Assembly (NCBI GenBank): GCA_964535025.1 | Contig: CAZHRW010000149.1 | Coordinates: forward strand, 11,932-75,931 | DNA: 64,000 bases | Direction of reading: 5' to 3' | Source: an uncultured Planctomycetales bacterium | Lineage (GTDB): Bacteria; Planctomycetota; Phycisphaerae; SM23-33; FEN-1343 | Shown: positions 9,624-17,560 of the stretch, piece after piece | Layout: each line of letters opens with the position of its first letter | How positions within the stretch are numbered: the stretch's first letter is position 1 | The notes under the pieces: generated by a model | The model's input: only the letters and a program-made list of their open reading frames with translations | Databases searched by the model: none | Told to the model about the DNA's origin: nothing | Program-made: the position numbers and the translations under genes

Positions 9624-10577
9624 TCAACGGCCCAGCGCGCCGCAGGCCGCGTCAAGGTACGCCGCGTCGTCGGCATCGGGCGCCACGGCGACATCAGGTA
9701 CGAGGCCGTCCGTGCCGGTGCGGCCGAGGGCGGGGAAATGGTAGTCGCCGACCTTCCGGACGACCATCCGCCCGGCGGTGTCGGGGGCCGGGCGGAGGAT
9801 CTCCAGCGCCCCGGGCGTCGGCCGGCCGACCAGCGTCGCGCGCCCGGCGTTCCGCAGGGCGCCGGCCAGCAGTTCCGAGCCATCCCGCGTGCCACCATCG
9901 ATCAGGACCGCCAGGGGCAGCGACGTCATCTCCGGACGCGACGCTCGCACGACGGCCGCCCGGCCATGCATCCGCGAGCCCCACAGCGTCGCCGGCGGCG
10001 CCGTGAACAGCTCGGCCACCTCGCGGACGGTGGGGACCGGCCCGCCGACACTGTTGCGCAGGTCCAGGCACAGGCCCGCCGCCCCCGCGCCGGTCAACTG
10101 CGCCACGGCGTCACGCACGGCCGTGGGGGTGTGGCGGCTGAAGCTCCTGATGCGGATCACGCCGATCCCGTCTGTCAGACGGCTGGACACGCCGCCGATG
10201 ACCACGATCTCCCGCCGCAGCTTGAGCGTCCGTCGCGACCCGTCGGCCGCGATCGCCTCGACGGTCACTTCGCTGCCGGCCGGCCCGGCCAGCCGCCGGG
10301 CGATCTGCTCGGGCGGTTCGTCGGCCACGGAGGTCGCGTCCACGGCGGCGACGATCTCGCCGATCGCCAGGTCGGCCGCTTCGGCGGGGCTGCCACCGAC
10401 GACCCAGTCGATCCGCCCACCCCGCGGATCGCGGCTCAGCACAAGGCCGACACCGGCAATCGGCGTATCGTCCGCCGAGGGTTTGACAAGGTCGGCCGTC
10501 CGGGATGTGCACGCCGACAGCAGGCCGGCGATCAACAGGCACGCGAGGACGAACGGGATTGGATGGGGTTCACGCAT
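9624..10577 (-). CDS. S41 family C-terminal processing peptidase (PDZ plus tail-specific protease domain), lipoprotein
   Basis: Lipobox LLSAC. PDZ-like segment. S41 catalytic region: VLIDGGTRDGSELLAGALRNAGRATLVG. Confidence 0.8.
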   Translation of the reverse strand: MREPHPIPFVLACLLIAGLLSACTSRTADLVKPSADDTPIAGVGLVLSRDPRGGRIDWVVGGSPAEAADLAIGEIVAAVDATSVADEPPEQIARRLAGPAGSEVTVEAIAADGSRRTLKLRREIVVIGGVSSRLTDGIGVIRIRSFSRHTPTAVRDAVAQLTGAGAAGLCLDLRNSVGGPVPTVREVAELFTAPPATLWGSRMHGRAAVVRASRPEMTSLPLAVLIDGGTRDGSELLAGALRNAGRATLVGRPTPGALEILRPAPDTAGRMVVRKVGDYHFPALGRTGTDGLVPDVAVAPDADDAAYLDAACGALGR

Positions 10578-10621
10578 GATCGTTCCTGCCTCTCTGGAGC
10601 AATCTCAGCATCGGTTCGATG

Positions 10622-11692
10622 TCATGGCCCACTGGCCTGGTCTCGTGCGGGCGAGAGCGTGGCCGCGTAGGCGCATCGCGGCTCGGCGGCGAGGTAGTCA
10701 CCTGTGGCGGCGTAGGCCCGTGCGCGGCAGCCGCCGCAGACGGTTTTGTATTTGCAGGCGCCGCAGGCGCCTTTGAGGCGTCCAACGTCGCGGAGGTCGG
10801 CCAACAGGGGGCTGTCGCGCCAGATTCGCTCGATGCCGGCGCCGTCGGTGTCGAGGTGGCCGGCGGCGACCGGCAGATAGCCGCAGGGGAAGATCTCGCC
10901 GGCGTGGCTGACGAAGATCACCGAGATCCCCGCCAGGCAGCCGCGCGTCTCGGTGTGCATGGCGCCCGGGCGGCCGTGCGCGGGCAGTGTCTCGCCGCGC
11001 TGGGCGAGGATGCGGAAGAAATGGGGGGCGCAGGTGGCCTTGAGTTGGAGGGGCCCGCCGCGACGGTCGCAGACCCAGTGGAGCATCGTTTCGTACTGGT
11101 CGGGGCTGATCTGGTGGCTGTCGGCGATCTCGACGCCGCACCCGACCGGGACGAGGGCGAACAGGTGCAGTGCGGTGGCGCCCAGGGATTGAGCGAGGGC
11201 GTACAGGGCGTCGAGCTGGTCGATGTTGTGAGCGGCGACGGTGCAGTTGATCTGCAGGTCGACGCCGGCGGCCCGGACCTGCTCACAGCCGTTCAGGGCC
11301 GCGCGAAAGCTGCCGGGCAGGCCCCGGAAGGCGTCGTGGGTGGCGGGGTCGGCGCCGTCAAGGCTGACGGCGGTGCGGCGGAAGCCGGCGTCGGCGATTC
11401 GCCGGGCGGTGGCGGCGTCGATAAGCGTGCCGTTGGTCGCCAGGGCGGTTGGCAGACCGAGCCGGCGGGCATGGGCGGCCATCGCCTCCCAGTCCGGACG
11501 GAGCAGCGGCTCGCCGCCGGAGAAGATGACGATTGGACGACCCATTCCCGCCAACTCGGCCAGGAGGGTCTTGACCTGCTCGCCGCTCAGGTCGTTCTCG
11601 TCGCGGCGGCCGGCGCGGCAGTGGCGGCAGTGGAGGTTACACCGTTGGGTGGTTTCCCAGAAGACCAGTCGCAGGGCGGGCGGGTCGGTCAT
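10622..11692 (-). CDS. Radical SAM/SPASM-domain protein, NirJ/AhbC/AhbD-like
   Basis: N-terminal CNLHCRHC (CxxxCxxC) cluster. The surrounding sequence VFWETTQRCNLHCRHC resembles NirJ/Ahb. C-terminal SPASM cysteines: ACGACKYKTVCGGCRARAY. Confidence 0.8.
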   Translation of the reverse strand: MTDPPALRLVFWETTQRCNLHCRHCRAGRRDENDLSGEQVKTLLAELAGMGRPIVIFSGGEPLLRPDWEAMAAHARRLGLPTALATNGTLIDAATARRIADAGFRRTAVSLDGADPATHDAFRGLPGSFRAALNGCEQVRAAGVDLQINCTVAAHNIDQLDALYALAQSLGATALHLFALVPVGCGVEIADSHQISPDQYETMLHWVCDRRGGPLQLKATCAPHFFRILAQRGETLPAHGRPGAMHTETRGCLAGISVIFVSHAGEIFPCGYLPVAAGHLDTDGAGIERIWRDSPLLADLRDVGRLKGACGACKYKTVCGGCRARAYAATGDYLAAEPRCAYAATLSPARDQASGP

Positions 11693-11699
11693 GGCTCAC

Positions 11700-12863
11700 T
11701 CACTCGGCCGCCGTGTCGGGGCGGATCTCGTCGTCGGTCAGGTAGCAGGCGGGGTCGTCGGCCCAGCGATCGCCGGTGGCGGCCTCGGCGCGGGCGCGGA
11801 AGTTGCCGTTGCACACCTCCAGCCAGCGGCACCGTCGACAGCGGCCGGTGAGGCGCGTTTTGCGGTTGCGCAGCTCCGCCAGCAGGGGGATCGACTCGTC
11901 GGTCCAGATGGCGCTGAAGGGGCGTTGGCGGATGTTGCCGAGCGTCTGCGTCCGCCAGAACGGGTCGGGATGGACCGCCCCGTCCCAGCTCACGCAGGCG
12001 ATCCGCTCGCCGGAGGCGTTGCCGCGGTTGAGTTGCAGCAGATGCATGGCGTGGCGGGCCTGGTCGGGATCCTCCCGCGCGAGGCGCTGGACGAGATACG
12101 GGCCGTCGGCGTGGTTGTCGACGGTGAGCACCTCGATCCGCCGCCCGCGGGCGTGGAGGTCGCGGGTGCGGTCGATGATCGTATCGACGGCGCGGCGTGT
12201 GGCGGCGGCGTCGAGGGCGTCGTCCCTCAGGGCGGCGCCGCGGCCGGCGGCGACGAGGTGGTAGAAGCAGATTCGGGGCACTCCCTCGCGTTCGATGAGA
12301 TCGAAGATGGCGGGCAGTTCGTCGACGTTGTGGCGCGTCATCGTCAGGCGGACGCCCACCTTGACGCCGGCGGCGCGGCAGTGGCGGATGCCTTCCAGGG
12401 CCGCGGCGAACGCGCCGCTCTGGCCGCGGAAGCGATCGTGCGTGTCTTCCAGGCCGTCCAGGCTCACGCCGACGTACCCGAGGGCGAGTCGGCGGAAGCG
12501 TTCGGCGAGGGTGGCCGTGATGAACGTTCCGTTCGTGGAGACCACCGCGCGGAGGCCGACGTGGCGTGCGTGGTCGATCAGGTCGAGCAGGTCGGCCCGC
12601 AGCAGCGGTTCGCCGCCGGAGAAGAGGACCACCGGCGCGCCCATGGCGGCCAGGTCGTCCAGGAGGGCCTTGGCCTCGTCGGTGGTCAACTCGTCGGGGG
12701 CGGCCGCGTCGGTCGATCCGCTGTAGCAGTGGGCGCATCGCAGGTTGCACCGGCGCGTGCAGTTGAACACCACCACCGGCCGCGGCGGGCCGTCGAACCG
12801 CCGATAGCGCAGGCGGTCCGATGCCTCGGCGGTTCCGCAGCACAACCTGGATATCCCGACCAT
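11700..12863 (-). CDS. Radical SAM/SPASM-domain protein, paralog of the adjacent gene (NirJ/AhbC/AhbD-like)
   Basis: CNLRCAHC cluster. C-terminal CRRCRWLEVCNGNFRARA SPASM-type cysteines. AGGAGAAG RBS. Start lies 8 bp from the downstream paralog. Confidence 0.8.
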   Translation of the reverse strand: MVGISRLCCGTAEASDRLRYRRFDGPPRPVVVFNCTRRCNLRCAHCYSGSTDAAAPDELTTDEAKALLDDLAAMGAPVVLFSGGEPLLRADLLDLIDHARHVGLRAVVSTNGTFITATLAERFRRLALGYVGVSLDGLEDTHDRFRGQSGAFAAALEGIRHCRAAGVKVGVRLTMTRHNVDELPAIFDLIEREGVPRICFYHLVAAGRGAALRDDALDAAATRRAVDTIIDRTRDLHARGRRIEVLTVDNHADGPYLVQRLAREDPDQARHAMHLLQLNRGNASGERIACVSWDGAVHPDPFWRTQTLGNIRQRPFSAIWTDESIPLLAELRNRKTRLTGRCRRCRWLEVCNGNFRARAEAATGDRWADDPACYLTDDEIRPDTAAE

Positions 12864-13087
12864 TGCTTCTCCTGTGGAGTGTCCGGCCCATCATACGAGG
12901 CCGGGGGCCCTCCGGGCAAGCGGGGGCGAAGGGCGCGGGTTCCTTCGACAATCGTTACTCTTGTTCGGTATTCACTGGTCGCCGTGCTTTCTCCCCTTCT
13001 CAGAATCTGCAACTCGCCCTAGAATGGACAGTAGGAGCATGAGTTGGCCGATTTCGGCCCGGCGTCACGGATGCCGCCGCCGTGGGT

Positions 13088-13501
13088 ATGTGCGGCGTGA
13101 AGATCCGTTTGTGGTACATCTTCTGGGTAATCGCTTCATTTCTGCTGAGCGGCTGCGCCGGCGAACCGCGTGTGCTGCTCGTGTACAACCCCGACACGCT
13201 GCTGCACTTCGATGCCGAGCGCGAGCCGGCGGCGCTGTTCGGTCCCGAGGACCTGGCCGCCGCGAACATCTACGGCCGCGACGAGATCGCCGGCGTGAGC
13301 CTCAATCGCCGCGCCGTCGTCGAAACCTCCGTCGGCTACCTGGATTACGGCCGTCTCATCCACACCCACCTGTTCTACGTCGACCGCCAGGCCGGCCACT
13401 ACCACCCCCGCACCTTCGGGCGCTTCGGCGGCGGGCCGAACATCCACCGCCACGTCCGCCGGACGTTCATCTACAGCAGTCACGGGGCGGGCGTGCAGTA
13501 G
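13088..13501 (+). CDS. Hypothetical lipoprotein
   Basis: Signal peptide with lipobox (FLLSGC). No recognisable domain. Start is ambiguous between GTG 13082 and ATG 13088. Confidence 0.5.
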   Translation: MCGVKIRLWYIFWVIASFLLSGCAGEPRVLLVYNPDTLLHFDAEREPAALFGPEDLAAANIYGRDEIAGVSLNRRAVVETSVGYLDYGRLIHTHLFYVDRQAGHYHPRTFGRFGGGPNIHRHVRRTFIYSSHGAGVQ

Positions 13502-14433
13502 ACCCCGTCCACTCCTGGGAGGTGGAGGTGTTTGTCGACGACGCGCGCGCCGGCCGTCCAGGTGGCCTGGGCGAGCATGGCGCTGTCGCGGAGGCGGCGG
13601 CGGGTGCGGAGCATCACGGAGATGCAGCCGAGGCTGAAGACCAGGGGCCACAGATTGACCACGATCCGGATGATATCGAAGACGATACCCGGGCGGTAGG
13701 GCCCATGCCATGTGATGGTCCAAGCAGCCGCAAGGATGAACGGCGCCGCGAGGATGCCTCCGAAGACGATGGCGATATCGCGTGCCAGGCGGCGGTCGGG
13801 GATGCGGACCATCAGCCCGCGGAGGAATAGCAGGAGGGCCAGCAGACCGACCCAGGTCATGAACAGGAGAGCCCATGCATACCAGACGGTGTCGTAAGAG
13901 GCTCTCCGGTGCGTCATGCCCAGCGTGTCGATCAGCAGGTGCAGGAAGCCCAGTGTCAGGACAACCAGGAGGGCCACGCGGGCGATCCGCCTGGCCGCGA
14001 GCGGGTGTTCGCGGCGAACAGGGCGTGGCTCGCGCGTGGTGAGCAGCCAGGTGCCGAGGATCGCCGTGAGGTTCGTCGCCACGAGGCCGCCCAGGAATGC
14101 GGCAAAGGGCTCGCCGCCGAGGAAGGCAATGACGATGCCGAGGGTCATCATGGCGATCACGCAGAGCGCCCCGAAGCCGAAGATCACCGTCAGGCCCATC
14201 GTCAGCGTGCGGAGATACGTCGGCGGCGCGAACCGAAGCAGCCGCGGGTCGAGGCTCCTGGCGACGGACGTGCCGCACTCCGGGCAGCGGCCGTCGGGCA
14301 TCAGGCCGCGAAGGTTGTAATCGCATTCGACGCAGGGCAGGTCGAGGGGCAGTTCGTCGCTCTCGCCCGGCGCAGAGCCGGCGGCGCCCTGCGGCGCAGA
14401 CAACGGCGCGGTGGATGGGGCGTTCTCGCTCAT
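13480..14433 (-). CDS. Hypothetical membrane protein with N-terminal zinc-ribbon (CVEC...CPEC) and about six TM helices
   Basis: CxxC(x15)CxxC motif followed by multiple hydrophobic helices. Its 3' end overlaps the convergent lipoprotein gene by 22 bp. Confidence 0.5.
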   Translation of the reverse strand: MSENAPSTAPLSAPQGAAGSAPGESDELPLDLPCVECDYNLRGLMPDGRCPECGTSVARSLDPRLLRFAPPTYLRTLTMGLTVIFGFGALCVIAMMTLGIVIAFLGGEPFAAFLGGLVATNLTAILGTWLLTTREPRPVRREHPLAARRIARVALLVVLTLGFLHLLIDTLGMTHRRASYDTVWYAWALLFMTWVGLLALLLFLRGLMVRIPDRRLARDIAIVFGGILAAPFILAAAWTITWHGPYRPGIVFDIIRIVVNLWPLVFSLGCISVMLRTRRRLRDSAMLAQATWTAGARVVDKHLHLPGVDGVYCTPAP

Positions 14434-14615
14434 GCGGTACCTGCGAGCATAGCCGATCGCCCCCGGCGTTCAAGGGGAAGCGTCGCCGGCCGCGGGATGG
14501 TCTTCGACCGTTGGCGTATCTTCAGCCCCCAGCCCGCCGTTACCTTGCCTTGTGACGATGCCGGCGGCATAATCGGTCTCACAGCGGATGGCGTGAACCG
14601 AGAAGGAGTACACGG

Positions 14616-15827
14616 ATGGTGCAGTTGCGTTGGTGGGCGGCGTTGGGGGTGATCGGTGCGGCGTGGGCGGGCGGGTGTGTGCGGCCGGGACCGGTGCCGG
14701 TGGGGCCGGGGCCGGACTACGACCGGCCGCTGCCGCCGGGACGGCTGGCGCTGCAGCGGGTGACCGACTCGGCGGCCATCCCCGATTTCTCCCAGGCGGC
14801 CCAGTCGGAGGGACTCCGCGATGCGATCGCCCACAGCCTCAACTACCTGGCCAAGCCGTCGTCGAGGGCGCATTTCCCCTACGGGACGATCAGCCATGCC
14901 CGGACGGTCGCGTCGCTGGAGGCGATGGACGACCTGCTGGCGGCGGGACTGACGTGCGAGCAGCTCAACGTCGAGCTGCGGCGGCGGTTCGAGGTTTACA
15001 CCTCCGTCGGGTGGAACGGACGGGGGACGGTGCTGTTCACCGGCTATTACACGCCCATCTTCGCCGCGTCGCCCGAACGAACCGACCGGTTCCGCTATCC
15101 CCTGTATCGTCCCCCCGAGGGGCTGGCCAAGGGCCCCGACGGCGAGATCCTCGGCGTCCGCCTGATCAACGGGCAGATCGTCGACCTGCCCTCGCGGGCG
15201 GATCTGCCCGGCTCGGGGCTGCTGGTCGGGCGCGAACTGGTATGGCTGGCCGACCCGTTCGAGGCCTACATCGCCCACGTCCAGGGCTCGGCCTGCCTGC
15301 GGCTCACCGGTGGGTCGATGATGACCGTCGGCTATGCCGCGTCGAACGGACACCCCTACCGCAGCGTCGCCAAGGCGCTCGTCGACGACGGGCGAATCCC
15401 CGCCGAGCAAATGTCGCTGGCGGCGATGATCGACTACTTCGATCGGCATCCCGGGCAGGTGGACGCCTACATCGACCGCAACCCGCGTTTCATCTTCTTC
15501 GAACCGTCGCAAGGAGCCCCACGCGGCAGCCTGAACGAGCCGGTGACGCCGATGCGGACGATTGCGACCGACAAGTCGGTCTATCCCCGGGCCGCCCTGG
15601 CGTTTGTCCAGGCGGCGCTGCCGACGCCCGTCGGCGGGCGGATCGTCCAGTTGCCCTACAGCGGCTTCGCCCTCGACCAGGACACCGGCGGGGCGATCCG
15701 GGCGGCGGGCCGCTGCGACATCTACATGGGGATCGGCGACGACGCCGGTCGTCGAGCCGGCCGGACGCAGACGGAAGGACGGCTGTATTACCTCTTCCTC
15801 AAGCCCCAGTACATGCCGAGTCGCTAG
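14616..15827 (+). CDS. mltA: Membrane-bound lytic murein transglycosylase A (MltA family, 3D domain)
   Basis: MltA-specific insertion domain and C-terminal 3D domain (YMGIGDDAGRRAGR...). GAAGGAG RBS. Confidence 0.85.
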   Translation: MVQLRWWAALGVIGAAWAGGCVRPGPVPVGPGPDYDRPLPPGRLALQRVTDSAAIPDFSQAAQSEGLRDAIAHSLNYLAKPSSRAHFPYGTISHARTVASLEAMDDLLAAGLTCEQLNVELRRRFEVYTSVGWNGRGTVLFTGYYTPIFAASPERTDRFRYPLYRPPEGLAKGPDGEILGVRLINGQIVDLPSRADLPGSGLLVGRELVWLADPFEAYIAHVQGSACLRLTGGSMMTVGYAASNGHPYRSVAKALVDDGRIPAEQMSLAAMIDYFDRHPGQVDAYIDRNPRFIFFEPSQGAPRGSLNEPVTPMRTIATDKSVYPRAALAFVQAALPTPVGGRIVQLPYSGFALDQDTGGAIRAAGRCDIYMGIGDDAGRRAGRTQTEGRLYYLFLKPQYMPSR

Positions 15828-15845
15828 GCGGCGGGAGTCCCGCGG

Positions 15846-16751
15846 ATGAGCCGCTCGAATACCGGGGCATCGCTGGCGGGGCTGGGCGCGTGCGTGTTGT
15901 GGGCGTCGACGATCGGGGTATCGCGCCTGCTGACCGAGCCGCTGGGGCCGATGACCACCGGGGGGGTGCTGTTCGTCCTGGCCGGGTTGGTGTGCGGCGC
16001 GTGGACGTACCGGACGGCCGAGGGGCGAAGGCAACTGCGGGGGTTGCCGCTGCGCTACCTGCTGGGCTGCGGAGCGATCTTCATTGCGTACGAGGCGAGC
16101 CTGTACGGCGCCGTGGGCCTGGCCGCCGGCCGTCAGCAGGTGGTGGAGGTGGGCGTGATCAACTACGCCTGGCCGGGGCTGACGCTCCTGCTGTCGATCC
16201 CCCTGCTGGGGCGCCGGCCCCGCTGGACCTTCCCGCTGGGGATCCTCATCGCCACGGCCGGGGTGGTCGTGGTCATGGCGCCGCGGGGGGGCTGGAGCCT
16301 CGAGGGTTTCATCGCCAACCTTCAGGCCAATGCCGTCCCGTACGCCCTGGCGGTCAGCGCGGCGGTGACGTGGGCGCTGTACTCGAACCTCATCCGCCGC
16401 TGGACCCCGGACGTTCGGGGCGGGGCGCTGCCGTTGTTCCTGCTGGTCGGCGGGGTGATCATGCTCGCCGCGCGCGGCCTGGTCGATGACGGACCGCCGC
16501 GGTGGAGTTGGGGCATCCTGCCGCCCCTGGCGTTCATGGTCGTCGGCCCGACGATGCTCTCGTATATCCTCTGGGACGTCGCCATGCGCCGCGGGAATCC
16601 CACCCTCGTCGCTTCGGCCGCCTACATCACGCCGATTCTATCCACGCTCACCAGCGCCATCGTCCTTCAGATCCTTCCGGCCCCGGCCGTCTGGCTCGGC
16701 TGCGTGCTGGTGGTCGGCGGCGCGGTCGTCTGTCGCGTGTCGCTGCGGTGA
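15846..16751 (+). CDS. EamA/DMT superfamily transporter (YddG-like exporter)
   Basis: Ten predicted TM helices arranged as a duplicated EamA domain. Confidence 0.8.
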   Translation: MSRSNTGASLAGLGACVLWASTIGVSRLLTEPLGPMTTGGVLFVLAGLVCGAWTYRTAEGRRQLRGLPLRYLLGCGAIFIAYEASLYGAVGLAAGRQQVVEVGVINYAWPGLTLLLSIPLLGRRPRWTFPLGILIATAGVVVVMAPRGGWSLEGFIANLQANAVPYALAVSAAVTWALYSNLIRRWTPDVRGGALPLFLLVGGVIMLAARGLVDDGPPRWSWGILPPLAFMVVGPTMLSYILWDVAMRRGNPTLVASAAYITPILSTLTSAIVLQILPAPAVWLGCVLVVGGAVVCRVSLR

Positions 16752-16758
16752 GGCGGCG

Positions 16759-17304
16759 TCAGGGAAGCATGCCGGCGGTCAACTCGATGTCCACGTTCAA
16801 CCGCTCGGCCATGTCGGCCAGGGCGGCGCGGAAGGCGGCGATGTTGGCGGCGCTGGGCACGTCGATGGTGGCCAGGAGGTGGAAGAAGGCGGTCCCGGTG
16901 TGCGGGGCCGATTCCACGTAGGTGTCCAGGGCGCGGATGTTGACGTCGTGGCGGGCCAGCTCGTGGGTGACCGCCTGGACGATGCCCGGGTGATCCATGG
17001 CGTAGACCGCCAACTCGTAGGGCAGGGACCCCGGCGGTGCGGTGTGCTCGGCGGGGGCGGCGGTGGGCTTGACGACCACGGCCAGGCCGGCGTCGCGCTC
17101 CAGCTCGCGGGTCTGCAGGCGGATCGCCTCGGTGGCGGCCTCCTCGCCGCTGATCAGCAGGATCATCGCGAACTCGCCCCCGAGCGTCGCCGCCCGCGTC
17201 GATTCCACGTTACCCCCGCGCTGGTAAACGTACCCGCTGACGGCGTCGACCAACCCCGGCCGGTCCGCCCCGATGGCGGTCATCACGACGTAGTGCTTTT
17301 CCAT
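16759..17304 (-). CDS. Glycine cleavage system regulatory protein GcvR-like (tandem ACT domains)
   Basis: Two ACT-type repeats (VMTAIGADRPGLV... and LAVYAMDHPGIV...). Confidence 0.7.
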   Translation of the reverse strand: MEKHYVVMTAIGADRPGLVDAVSGYVYQRGGNVESTRAATLGGEFAMILLISGEEAATEAIRLQTRELERDAGLAVVVKPTAAPAEHTAPPGSLPYELAVYAMDHPGIVQAVTHELARHDVNIRALDTYVESAPHTGTAFFHLLATIDVPSAANIAAFRAALADMAERLNVDIELTAGMLP

Positions 17305-17364
17305 GTGTCGTTATCCTTTTCCTCTTCCGCGCTGTTTGCCTGCTGGTTCTCCAGGCCCATGCCG

Positions 17365-17515
17365 TAAACCCGAAATCCCAAACTCGAAACACGAAACAAA
17401 CTCGAAACGGCCAAACGGAAAAGCACCAAACGACAGGGCCTGGTCGTTTTGAAGTTTGGCGTCCTGATCCGTTTGGGATTTGTTTCGGATTTCGTGCTTC
17501 GGATTTCGGATTTCT
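17365..17515. repeat. AT-rich imperfect dyad-symmetric element built from CGAAA/GAAAC pentamer repeats around a central hairpin (AACGACAGGGCCTGGTCGTT)
   Basis: Left arm ...CCGAAATCCCAAACTCGAAACACGAAACAAACTCGAAACGG...; right arm ...CCGTTTGGGATTTGTTTCGGATTTCGTGCTTCGGATTTCGGATTTC. Lies between the sulfatase stop and the gcvR-like start. Confidence 0.5.
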
Positions 17516-17560
17516 TCTCTGCCGCGGGCGGCGCGATCGGAGGGGCGACTGCCAAGTGGT

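Noticed and set aside
10622-12863. Anaerobic sulfatase-maturating enzyme (anSME) assignment for the radical-SAM pair, because a Cys-type sulfatase is in the window.
   Set aside because: Two tandem paralogs, 5 kb away and in a separate operon with a protease and CIA30. The N-terminal W-E-T-T-x-R-CNL-x-C-x-HC context looks more NirJ/Ahb-like. Kept only as an alternative to test.
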